Counted from the stretch's first letter, positions 50,331 to 59,196 are shown. The stretch: 64,000 nt of DNA from Anaerolineae bacterium (GCA_963675785.1 OY776562.1:2272001-2336000), one strand, 5' to 3'. Notes: generated from the sequence alone by a model not told the origin. A program made the numbers and translations.

Positions 50331-51443
50331 ATGGCCGTCTCGTTGGCAGAACTGCACCATCAGGTCGCCTTTGGTGAATCGGGTGGCAAGATTATCTGGC
50401 AGCCGCGCATTCAATGCTGGATCACCGATAAGCGTTTCGCTGGTGAACCCCTGCCCGAACCTTATGAGCACCTGACCGAGCCCGAGATATTCCGCCACCT
50501 CGGTTGCTCATCGCGCATCTATGATTACAACCGCTGCTTTGTCTCTCACGAAGACGCCGCGGTATATCGCACCGAACGGCAGCTCAACGAGACCGACCGC
50601 GAAATCACCATTCATACCCCCGTTGGTCAGCAGGTCGAGGTACTACGCAGCACGCCCAACAGCCCGCGCAGTATCCACATCAAATGGCAGATCACCACCA
50701 AACAAGAGATGCAGGTGGCCACCTGGCGCGCCCAGCATACCACCTGGTCGTGGGATCAGGCTGTCTTTGAAGAAACACACCGCACCTGGGGTGATATCGG
50801 CGCCCCCACCATGTACATGCCGCGCATCAACGTGCAAGATTTATTCATCAACACCATGGGCGTTGAGGGTGCTATCTATGCCATCTATGACTGGCCCGAG
50901 CTGGTTCAGGCCTATTTCGACGCACTGGATGACTGCCACAGCCTGATGATCAACGTGATCAACGATTCACCCATCGACATCATCAACTTTGGCGACAACA
51001 TTCACGCGGGAACACTGCCGCCCCGCCTGTTCAAGCGCTACGTGCTACCCGCCTACCATCGCCGTGTAGAAAAGCTCCACGCCGCGAACAAGTTCTGCTA
51101 CGCCCACTGGGACGGCGACACCAAGCCCCTGCTGCCACTGGCCCAGCAAACCTGCCTGGACGGCATCGAGGCCATCACCCCCCAACCCCAGGGTGATGTC
51201 ACTCTGGAAGAGATCAAGGCTGGCCTGGGTGATGACATGGTCTTAGTGGACGGCATCCCGGCGGTGTTTTTCGACGAGATCTATCCCATAGAGACACTGG
51301 TCGAGTGTACGCACAAACTCATCGAGCTGTTTGCCCCACGTCTCATCCTGGGTATCTCGGATGAAATCTCTTCCACTGGCGATATCGAGCGCATCCGCAT
51401 CGTCGGTGACATCGTCGATGCCTATAACGCCCAATTCGATTGA
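50331..51443 (+). CDS. Uroporphyrinogen decarboxylase/MtaA-CmuA-like TIM-barrel protein
   Basis: MGVEGAIYAIYD, INFGDN, FKRYVLPAY, HWDGD, GIEAITPQPQGD, ILGISDE. Confidence 0.72.
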   Translation: MAVSLAELHHQVAFGESGGKIIWQPRIQCWITDKRFAGEPLPEPYEHLTEPEIFRHLGCSSRIYDYNRCFVSHEDAAVYRTERQLNETDREITIHTPVGQQVEVLRSTPNSPRSIHIKWQITTKQEMQVATWRAQHTTWSWDQAVFEETHRTWGDIGAPTMYMPRINVQDLFINTMGVEGAIYAIYDWPELVQAYFDALDDCHSLMINVINDSPIDIINFGDNIHAGTLPPRLFKRYVLPAYHRRVEKLHAANKFCYAHWDGDTKPLLPLAQQTCLDGIEAITPQPQGDVTLEEIKAGLGDDMVLVDGIPAVFFDEIYPIETLVECTHKLIELFAPRLILGISDEISSTGDIERIRIVGDIVDAYNAQFD

Positions 51444-51459
51444 AAAAGGAAAGAATGTC

Positions 51460-53412
51460 GTGTCTGATTTCGACAACAGAAAAAAGCAGCTTCTCACCTT
51501 TCTGACGCATGACGTCGCCACCACTCCCGTCTTGCAGCAAACTGCCACCAACGAGCGCAACGGTGTGTATCTGACCCTGGCAGCACTAGAGATAGAACGA
51601 CTGGGGCAGACAGACGTCCCCTGGGATGCAGCCCCCATTGATCGGGCTCTAGCCCTGCTCAAGGCGAGGCTGGATTGTTGCGATTTCGCTCAGGCAGCAC
51701 TGCTGCGCCTGCTCTACCGCTATCCCGATTCACAGCTCTTAACGCCTGATTGGCGCCAGCGCATCTCCCAAGGCTCCATCAAGCACATCTATTGGGTGAA
51801 CGAGCCCGGCGAAGAGCACATGTGCTTTTGCACCGAGAACCATCAGATCATCCACCACAGCAACGAATTGCTGGCCGGACAGCGCTGGCCCCAAAAGACC
51901 TTTGATGACGGTAACCTCGGTAACTGGCACCGCCAGCACGCCGAAAAGCTCATCGCCCTCTGGCTCGATTGGCGCCTGCGCTTTGGCTTTTCCGAGTGGA
52001 ATTCCAACTGCTACTATGACGAGGACCTCATCGCTCTGCTAAACCTGGCCGATTATGCCGAGGACCCTGAGATCAAACACCGCTCGACGGCCGTTATCGA
52101 TCTCTTGCTCCTCCATCTGGCCGTGAACTCGTACCAGGGCGTGTTTGGTTCCACCCACGGGCGTACCTACACCCGCATGACCGTTAATCCGCTCAAAGAG
52201 AACACCCGCCCCGTGGCCTGGCTGTGCTTTGGCCTGGGCGGTTACAATAGTGTTTTGAGCATGGGCACCACCATGATGGCCGCCAGCGACTATGCGCCGC
52301 CCGAGATACTGGCGCACCTGGCCGCCGACAGCAGCATCATGGAGAATCGCGAGCGCCACAGCCTGGACGTGACCGAGGCTCCCGAGCATGGCGTCGATCC
52401 TCACGATACTGACAATATTGGCTTTTTCTGGGGGGCACAGGTGTTTCACCATCGCGAGGTTATCGAGGCCTCTCGCTGGCTCTGCACCGAAAAGCATTAC
52501 AAATGGAACCTCATCTGCCAGGCCTACAACTATTACCAGGAACAGGATCACCTGGGACTGCCCTACGAGCCCGATCCCGACTATCAGGCCATGACCCAGG
52601 TCAACATTTATACCTATCGCACCGCCGATTATTTGCTCTCCTGCGCCCAGGATTACCGAAAAGGGCGCCCCGGCTTTCAACAGCATATCTGGCAGGCCAC
52701 CCTGCCCGGTAATGCTGTGGTCTATACCACGCATCCTGGTGCAGAAAATCTGGGTAAAAGCCGCCCCGATTACTGGCACGGCAATGGCCTCATGCCACGA
52801 GCCGTGGCTCACAAGAACGTACTCATCGGTTTATACAAGCTCAATGAGCAGGCCAAGCCACGCTTTACCGACAATGAGATCTCTGGCGCGCACGAGATGC
52901 TGTATTACACCCACGCCTTCTTTCCACAATACCTCATGGATGAAATCACAGAGGCCAACGGCTGGGTGATGGGGCGTGTAGGCAGCAGCTATGTCGCTTT
53001 GCGTGCCCTGGGCAAGATGCACTGGCAGGCTCCCCAGACTGAGATGCTCGAGCTGTTGCCGGGTACATCCTCAACCCTTGCACCTTATGAACTCATTAGC
53101 GAGGGCGCCGAGACGGGCTGGGTGTTAGAATTGGGCAGCGAGCGTGAGAATGGCAGCTACGAGCAGTTTTGCGCTGGCTTTGCCAATGCTGACCTGGAAG
53201 GCGATATCGAGACAGTAACCTATACCTCGCCGAGCCTGGGCCAATTACGCTTCGGTTGGGAAGGACCCGCTCTGCTCAACGGAGAGGCCCTCGATCTCGG
53301 CCCCTACCCCAGAATGGCCAACAAATACTGCGCTTGTCCCTTTGACGCGCCCGATGAACGCGACTATACCATCAGATTCAATGGTGAACAGTACATCATT
53401 CGCTACCGGTGA
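51460..53412 (+). CDS. Uncharacterised ~650-aa protein, paralogue 1 of a tandem triplet (predicted alpha-toroid plus beta-sandwich, heparinase II/III-like)
   Basis: Shares RxDCxDF, ENHQII, WLDWRxRFGFSEWNSNCY, HGRTY, LSCAQD, HIWQATL and RPDYWHGN with the next two ORFs; GTG 51460 after AAGGA. Confidence 0.8.
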   Translation: MSDFDNRKKQLLTFLTHDVATTPVLQQTATNERNGVYLTLAALEIERLGQTDVPWDAAPIDRALALLKARLDCCDFAQAALLRLLYRYPDSQLLTPDWRQRISQGSIKHIYWVNEPGEEHMCFCTENHQIIHHSNELLAGQRWPQKTFDDGNLGNWHRQHAEKLIALWLDWRLRFGFSEWNSNCYYDEDLIALLNLADYAEDPEIKHRSTAVIDLLLLHLAVNSYQGVFGSTHGRTYTRMTVNPLKENTRPVAWLCFGLGGYNSVLSMGTTMMAASDYAPPEILAHLAADSSIMENRERHSLDVTEAPEHGVDPHDTDNIGFFWGAQVFHHREVIEASRWLCTEKHYKWNLICQAYNYYQEQDHLGLPYEPDPDYQAMTQVNIYTYRTADYLLSCAQDYRKGRPGFQQHIWQATLPGNAVVYTTHPGAENLGKSRPDYWHGNGLMPRAVAHKNVLIGLYKLNEQAKPRFTDNEISGAHEMLYYTHAFFPQYLMDEITEANGWVMGRVGSSYVALRALGKMHWQAPQTEMLELLPGTSSTLAPYELISEGAETGWVLELGSERENGSYEQFCAGFANADLEGDIETVTYTSPSLGQLRFGWEGPALLNGEALDLGPYPRMANKYCACPFDAPDERDYTIRFNGEQYIIRYR

Positions 53413-53427
53413 TGATAGGAGACGCAC

Positions 53428-55401
53428 GTGACCACCATGTCGACTGATCAGGAACGCCGCATCGAGTACCTTCGACTATTGGCATTTGAGCCGGACAAGC
53501 CGCTGGTGCCCTATGCCAGCTGGCAGGCTCCTGCTGGCAATGCCTTTCGCCAAATTGCCCGACTGGAGCTGGAAAAACGCGGCGAAAAGACGCTGCCCCT
53601 TGCTGCCGAGGATATTCGTGCTTCGCTCAAGCGCATGAATGATCGCCTGGATTGCGCCGATTTCGACCTGACGGCGTTAGTGCGTATGCTCTACCGCTAC
53701 CCCCAGTCGAATTTGCTGAATAACACCCTACGTGAAGAGATGCGTCGCGAGATGCTGCGCTTTACCTATTGGGTGGATGAGCCGGGCTGCAGCAACATGA
53801 TCTTTTCCACCGAGAATCACCAGATCATCTACCATGTAGACGAACTTTTGGTGGGCAGCCTGTGGCCCGATGACATCTTTGGCAACAACGGCGAAACTGG
53901 CCGCTGGCACGCCCAACACGCCCAACGCCATATCACCAAGTGGCTGGATTGGCGCATTCGCTTTGGCTTTTCCGAGTGGAACTCGAACTGCTATTTCGAA
54001 GAAGATCTCATTGCCCTGCTGAACCTAAGCGAATTTGCGCCCGACGAAACCACCCGTACCAAGGCCCGGCGTGTCATCGATCTGATCATGCTGCATCTGG
54101 CAGTCAACAGCTTTGACGGGGTGTTTGGCTCACCCCACGGGCGCACGTATGCGCGTATGTTGCTGAACCCGCTGAACGAGAATACCCGTCCGCTGGCCTG
54201 GATGGCCTTTGGCATGGGCAGCCTGAGCAATTACCGCATGGGGGCCACCCTGCTGGCCTGCAGCGATTATGCCGTACCCGAGATCATCGCCAAAATCGCT
54301 CAGGATACCGGCAGCGTCATCGAAAACCGCGAACGTCACAGCCTCAATGTCGAAGAAGCCCGCGATCATGACGTCTATCCCGAGCTAATGAGCGATCTCA
54401 TGTTTTTCTGGGGCTGTCAGAATTTTCACCATCGAGATATCATCGATGCCTCCATGGCCTTTTGCCCATCAGAGCACCGCGTCGAATACCCCAAAATCGA
54501 GGCTGCCTATACGTACTATCATAACAGCGAGGAACGCGGTCTACCTTGGGTGCCCACCCGAGACCATCAGGGCATGTCCCAGGTCAACATCTATACCTAC
54601 CGCACGCCGAGCTATATGCTCTCTTGTGCCCAGGATTTTCGCAAGGGTGAGTTCGGCTGGCAAGCCCACATCTGGCAGGCTACCTTGGGAGATCGTGCTG
54701 TGGTTTATACCACCCATCCCGGCGCTGAAGACACGGGTACCAGTCGACCCGATTACTGGCACGGCAATGATATCATGCCCCGCGCCGTAGCTTACAAGAA
54801 CACCGCCATCTGTCTGTATCGCTCGACACCGCCTGTAAACCCTGCTGACAAAATCAACCCTTTACCAGCGATTTTGGAACGAACGACCGGCTTGGATATG
54901 ACCCATGCCTTTTTCCCTAAATACGCCTTTGATGAAATACGTGAACAGGACGGTTGGGTGATGGGGCGCGCGGGTCAAGCTTATGTGGGACTCTGGTCGT
55001 TGGTGCCAGCACAATGGGCTGAGCCTCAAGATGAGGTTGTGGCTTTGCTGCCCATTGAACCCGACGAGACCGTTACTCCCTACGAATTGATTGCTGCGGG
55101 GCGTACCAATGCCTGGATTTGTGAGCTGGGCGATGCCGAAACCTATGACGATTTCGATGCCTTTTGCGCCGCCCTGGCCACCACGCAACCCGCGGGGGAT
55201 ACGGAAATACTCAGCTACACCTCGCCTTCCTCGGGTGAGATAACCTTTGGCTGGGAGAACAATCTGATAGTCGATGGACAGGTCATCGATCTAGGGCCTT
55301 ATCCGCGCATCGACAATCGCTTCTGCTCAGTTCCGTTTGACAATCCGAACGTACCGACCGAGTATGACATCAAATATATCGATAGTCGCTATCGCATTTA
55401 G
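53428..55401 (+). CDS. Uncharacterised ~650-aa protein, paralogue 2 of the tandem triplet
   Basis: Same motif series; AGGAG RBS; 15-bp gap from paralogue 1. Confidence 0.8.
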   Translation: MTTMSTDQERRIEYLRLLAFEPDKPLVPYASWQAPAGNAFRQIARLELEKRGEKTLPLAAEDIRASLKRMNDRLDCADFDLTALVRMLYRYPQSNLLNNTLREEMRREMLRFTYWVDEPGCSNMIFSTENHQIIYHVDELLVGSLWPDDIFGNNGETGRWHAQHAQRHITKWLDWRIRFGFSEWNSNCYFEEDLIALLNLSEFAPDETTRTKARRVIDLIMLHLAVNSFDGVFGSPHGRTYARMLLNPLNENTRPLAWMAFGMGSLSNYRMGATLLACSDYAVPEIIAKIAQDTGSVIENRERHSLNVEEARDHDVYPELMSDLMFFWGCQNFHHRDIIDASMAFCPSEHRVEYPKIEAAYTYYHNSEERGLPWVPTRDHQGMSQVNIYTYRTPSYMLSCAQDFRKGEFGWQAHIWQATLGDRAVVYTTHPGAEDTGTSRPDYWHGNDIMPRAVAYKNTAICLYRSTPPVNPADKINPLPAILERTTGLDMTHAFFPKYAFDEIREQDGWVMGRAGQAYVGLWSLVPAQWAEPQDEVVALLPIEPDETVTPYELIAAGRTNAWICELGDAETYDDFDAFCAALATTQPAGDTEILSYTSPSSGEITFGWENNLIVDGQVIDLGPYPRIDNRFCSVPFDNPNVPTEYDIKYIDSRYRI

Positions 55402-55413
55402 GAGTGTAACCCC

Positions 55414-57357
55414 ATGACTGCATTGCAAGAACGACGATCCGAATTTCTAGAATATACAGGCTCTCCCGATGTTGATCTCCCCTGGCGCAAAGATCAACAC
55501 TGGTCGTACGTCCGTGGCCCTTTCCTTGAACTGCCCAAACTGGAACGCGAAAAACTAGGTTTGCCAGCTTGTGAGTTGGATGAAGGTAATATTCAAGCAG
55601 CGCTTTCTGGCATGGTCTCTCGCATCGACTGCTGCGACTTTGCCGAAACAGCACTGATGCGCATGCTCTATCGTTACCCCAATTCGTCCATGCTCACACC
55701 CAAACTCCGCGAGGAAATCAAAAAAACAGCCCTGCAGCACATCTACTGGGTAGATGAGCCCGGCGAAGAGCACATGTGCTTTTGCACCGAAAACCACCAG
55801 ATCATCCATCACAGTAACGAACTGTTGGCTGGTCAGCTCTGGCCTGATGAGGTATTCACCAACAACGGCAAAACCGGCGATTGGCACATTCACCATGCCG
55901 AGGGCATGATTCGTCGTTGGCTGGATTGGCGCATCCGCTTTGGCTTTTCCGAGTGGAACTCGAACTGTTACTACGACGAAGATCTCCTCGGCCTATTCAA
56001 CTTGGCCGACTATGCCGACGATCCCGATATCCGCTCCGCCGCCAAGAGCGTTATCGACCTGCTCTTGTTCCACGTCGCGCTCAATTCCTACAAGGGCCTC
56101 ATGGGCTGTACCCACGGCCGAACCTATGCTCGCAATATCGTTAACACAGCGCGCGACGGCGTGCGTAGCCTAGTGTGGCTGGGCTGGGGCGTCGGTGACT
56201 ATCGCTATCTCATGAACATGTCTGCCATTGTGCTGACCTGCAGTGACTATCAGCTTCCCGAGGTCATCGCCAATATCGCTAACGACCTTCCTAAAGAAGC
56301 AATTATCAAAGAACGCCATAGTCTGGACGTTGAACAGGCTCGTCTCTTTGATGTCTACCCCGAACGCATGGAAGATCTGGCTTTCTTCTGGGGCGCACAG
56401 GTCTTTTGTCATCGCCAGGTCATTGAAAACTCGTTGAAATGGGCCGACAAGGGCCGTGATGGCCTCAACGCCCGCATCTGGGCTTATTGGGATCACCATG
56501 AAGAATGCGACCGCCTGGGCATCCAGAGCGAGCAGGATCCTGATGACACCGCCATGACTCGTGTCAACATCTATACCTACAAGACGCCAGATTACATGCT
56601 GAGCTGCGCCCAAGACTATCGCAAGGGCAAGACAGGCTTCCAGCAGCACATTTGGCAAGCAACCCTGGGCGACGGCGCCGCCGTCTTTAGCACTCAGCCT
56701 GGCGCGCAGGACGTGGGCACGAGTCGCCCCGATTACTGGCACGGCAATGCCCGCCTGCCCCGTGTCGCCGCTCATCGCAACGTGCTCATCGCCCTGTATC
56801 GCTTTGAGCCAGAAATCTCGCGCAAGTGGATGTGGTACACCCATGCCTTCTTCCCACAGCAGAATTTTGACGAGTTTGTGGAAAAGAACGGCTGGTACAT
56901 CGGCCGCAAGGGTAATGGCTATGTAGCTCTTACTTCGCTCATGCCCACCGAGTGGGCACCTCCCCGAGAAGATGTGGGCGAACTGATGAAGCCTGATGGC
57001 GCCGCCGGTGAAAACTGGAAGGTCGAAAAGCACGAGATCATCGCCCAGGGTGCCAAGAACGCCTGGATTTGCGAGATGGGTAATGCTGAATCTAACGGCA
57101 CATTCGAGCAGTTCGTCGAGACTGTCAGCTCTCGCCGCCCTGCGGGCGACCCATTGCGCATGACCTATGACTCGCCCTCTGTCGGATCTATCGAGTTTGG
57201 CTGGAGTCTGCCTTTTCTAGTCGACGGCCAGGAAATCGCCCTCGGCGATTACCCGCTGTTCGATAATCCTTACTGCCAGGCGCCGTTCGATTCGCGCAAA
57301 TTCGAGCTCAGCCTGGGCGATGAGCGCTATACCATCGAGCCGCCGACCCTAGTCTAA
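55414..57357 (+). CDS. Uncharacterised ~650-aa protein, paralogue 3 of the tandem triplet
   Basis: Same motif series; AGGAG RBS; 12-bp gap from paralogue 2. Confidence 0.8.
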   Translation: MTALQERRSEFLEYTGSPDVDLPWRKDQHWSYVRGPFLELPKLEREKLGLPACELDEGNIQAALSGMVSRIDCCDFAETALMRMLYRYPNSSMLTPKLREEIKKTALQHIYWVDEPGEEHMCFCTENHQIIHHSNELLAGQLWPDEVFTNNGKTGDWHIHHAEGMIRRWLDWRIRFGFSEWNSNCYYDEDLLGLFNLADYADDPDIRSAAKSVIDLLLFHVALNSYKGLMGCTHGRTYARNIVNTARDGVRSLVWLGWGVGDYRYLMNMSAIVLTCSDYQLPEVIANIANDLPKEAIIKERHSLDVEQARLFDVYPERMEDLAFFWGAQVFCHRQVIENSLKWADKGRDGLNARIWAYWDHHEECDRLGIQSEQDPDDTAMTRVNIYTYKTPDYMLSCAQDYRKGKTGFQQHIWQATLGDGAAVFSTQPGAQDVGTSRPDYWHGNARLPRVAAHRNVLIALYRFEPEISRKWMWYTHAFFPQQNFDEFVEKNGWYIGRKGNGYVALTSLMPTEWAPPREDVGELMKPDGAAGENWKVEKHEIIAQGAKNAWICEMGNAESNGTFEQFVETVSSRRPAGDPLRMTYDSPSVGSIEFGWSLPFLVDGQEIALGDYPLFDNPYCQAPFDSRKFELSLGDERYTIEPPTLV

Positions 57358-57363
57358 AAACAA

Positions 57364-57399
57364 TACACTCGACCAGAGGTAAAATTCTGGTCGAGTGTA
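57364..57399. repeat. Perfect 14-bp inverted repeat after paralogue 3
   Basis: TACACTCGACCAGA-N8-TCTGGTCGAGTGTA; no U-tract. Confidence 0.75.
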
Positions 57400-57502
57400 C
57401 TGGCAGTAAATGCCGTTCATCTGCGTGCAATCCCACGGGCAATATGTATAATGCCCTCACTGTAAGAATCTCTCAACAGAGATTCATTTGAAGGAGAGAA
57501 AA

Positions 57503-58279
57503 ATGGCGAAACTACTCATCGGTGCGCAACTCTACAACGTGCGCGAGTTCACTCAGACTTTTGATGGCCTCAAAGAGACCATGGAAAAGGTCGCAGCCAT
57601 CGGCTACACCACCTGCCAGATATCTGGTGTAGGGGCCGATATTCCTGCTTCTGATATCGGTATGCTGGCCAAGGATAATGGCCTGACCATCGCCTGCACC
57701 CATATGGCTTGGTCGCGCTTTTTGAATGACCTGGACAGCGTCATTGCCGATCACAAGGCCATGGGCTGCGTCCATCCTGCCATTGGCAGCCTGCCCCCCG
57801 AATACCGCACCTTTGACAGCATCAAGCAATTCCGCGATGAGTTGTACCCCATCGCCGAAAAACTGGCCGCTGAAGGCTTGGACTTTTCCTATCACAACCA
57901 CAGCCACGAGTTCATCCGCGAGAATGGCAAGACCTGGCTAGAGATGCTGTACGAGACCTGTGATGCCGACCACCTCAAGGCTGAAATCGACACCTATTGG
58001 GTACAGGCCGGCGGCGGAGACCCCGCGCTGTGGGTAGAGAAAATGGCCGGCCGCGAGCCCCTCTTGCACCTCAAGGACATGATAGTAACCGTCGATAGAG
58101 AACAGCGCTTCTCCCCCATCGGCGAGGGCAACCTCAACTGGCCGCGTATTCTGGGCATTGCCGAGAACAGCGGCGTGGACTATATGCTCTGCGAGCAGGA
58201 TCGCTGTTGGGATGGCATGGATCCCTTTGATGCCCTGGCCATGAGCTACCGTAACCTTACTTCCTGGGGTTACAAATAA
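57503..58279 (+). CDS. Sugar phosphate isomerase/epimerase (AP_endonuc_2, IolE/XylA-like TIM barrel)
   Basis: GAQLYNVR, SYHNHSHEF, EIDTYWVQAGG, LHLKD, GEGNLNW, CEQD. Confidence 0.88.
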   Translation: MAKLLIGAQLYNVREFTQTFDGLKETMEKVAAIGYTTCQISGVGADIPASDIGMLAKDNGLTIACTHMAWSRFLNDLDSVIADHKAMGCVHPAIGSLPPEYRTFDSIKQFRDELYPIAEKLAAEGLDFSYHNHSHEFIRENGKTWLEMLYETCDADHLKAEIDTYWVQAGGGDPALWVEKMAGREPLLHLKDMIVTVDREQRFSPIGEGNLNWPRILGIAENSGVDYMLCEQDRCWDGMDPFDALAMSYRNLTSWGYK

Positions 58280-58298
58280 ACGAGGTACATGCTCTGTG

Positions 58299-58325
58299 GG
58301 GAGGCTTTAGCAAGCCTCCCTTTTT
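58299..58325 (+). terminator. Rho-independent terminator
   Basis: GGGAGGCTT-TAGC-AAGCCTCCC-TTTTT. Confidence 0.75.
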
Positions 58326-58342
58326 CTATCGAGGAGACTGCC

Positions 58343-59122
58343 ATGAAATTCCTGTCCTGCAACATTCGTTATTCGGGTGCACAAGATGGCCCCAACAACT
58401 GGCCGCTACGCCGCGAGCTCTGCGCTGAGGTCATCAAACGCCAAAAAGCCGAGGTCATCTGCTTTCAAGAGATGTCGCGCGAACAGTACATTTATCTACG
58501 AGAAGCTCTGCCCGAATACGATGCCTATGGTATCATCGATGAGCCCCTGGGCATGAACCCCGTAAACTCGATCTTTTGGCTGCGCGAGCGACTCACGGCT
58601 CTATCATGCAGTGGCTACTGGCTCTCAGAGACGCCCCAGATCTGTGGTTCCAAGTCGTGGGGCAGCCGCTGTATTCGCCTGGCCAACTGGGCCATCCTCC
58701 TCGACAAAAAGAGCGGCTATCAGTTCCGCGTGATAGCTACCCACCTGGATCACATCAGTCAGCAAGCGCGTGAGGAACAGGCCAAGATGATCGTGGCCGA
58801 GAGCGACAGCATGCCAGACCTGCCGCAGGTGCTGCTCGGCGATATGAACTCGGCACCGGATAACCCCGCCATGGCCATATTCCGTCAGGGCGGCTGGACC
58901 GATACCTATGAGTCGGTCCATGGCCTCCTCAACCCCGGGCGCAGCTTCCATCATTTCCAGGGTGAAGCCTTTGTAGAAGAGCCAGACAAGATCGATTACA
59001 TCTATTGCCGTGGTCGGCTTTATCCTCAGACAGCGACCCTTATCAAGGACAATGACGAGGGACGTTATCCCAGCGATCACTATTTCCTTTCGGCTGACCT
59101 GGGCTTACCAGAACATCCCTAA
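58343..59122 (+). CDS. Endonuclease/exonuclease/phosphatase (EEP) family protein
   Basis: SCNIRY, FQE, THLDH, GDMN, IDYI, PSDH. Confidence 0.9.
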   Translation: MKFLSCNIRYSGAQDGPNNWPLRRELCAEVIKRQKAEVICFQEMSREQYIYLREALPEYDAYGIIDEPLGMNPVNSIFWLRERLTALSCSGYWLSETPQICGSKSWGSRCIRLANWAILLDKKSGYQFRVIATHLDHISQQAREEQAKMIVAESDSMPDLPQVLLGDMNSAPDNPAMAIFRQGGWTDTYESVHGLLNPGRSFHHFQGEAFVEEPDKIDYIYCRGRLYPQTATLIKDNDEGRYPSDHYFLSADLGLPEHP

Positions 59123-59154
59123 ACGTAGGGCATACCCAATCTCTTGAATAAGAA

Positions 59155-59182
59155 AACAGGGCGGCTACAAAGCCGCCCTGTT
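59155..59182. terminator. Terminator hairpin between convergent EEP and ftsH genes
   Basis: AACAGGGCGGCT-ACAA-AGCCGCCCTGTT; T-run on the minus strand. Confidence 0.8.
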
Positions 59183-59196
59183 GCGTTTACACTAGC

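Noticed and set aside
50331-51443. hemE (true uroporphyrinogen decarboxylase)
   Set aside because: It lacks the N-terminal PxWxMRQAGR signature and there are no tetrapyrrole genes nearby
51802-56749. Recurring 22-35 nt direct repeats as a CRISPR array or mobile-element ends
   Set aside because: They are about 2 kb apart, in frame within paralogous coding sequences, and no cas or transposase gene is present
39427-59122. Glycan locus as a mobile genomic island
   Set aside because: No integrase, tRNA attachment site or flanking direct repeats were seen; any compositional shift could not be quantified without computation
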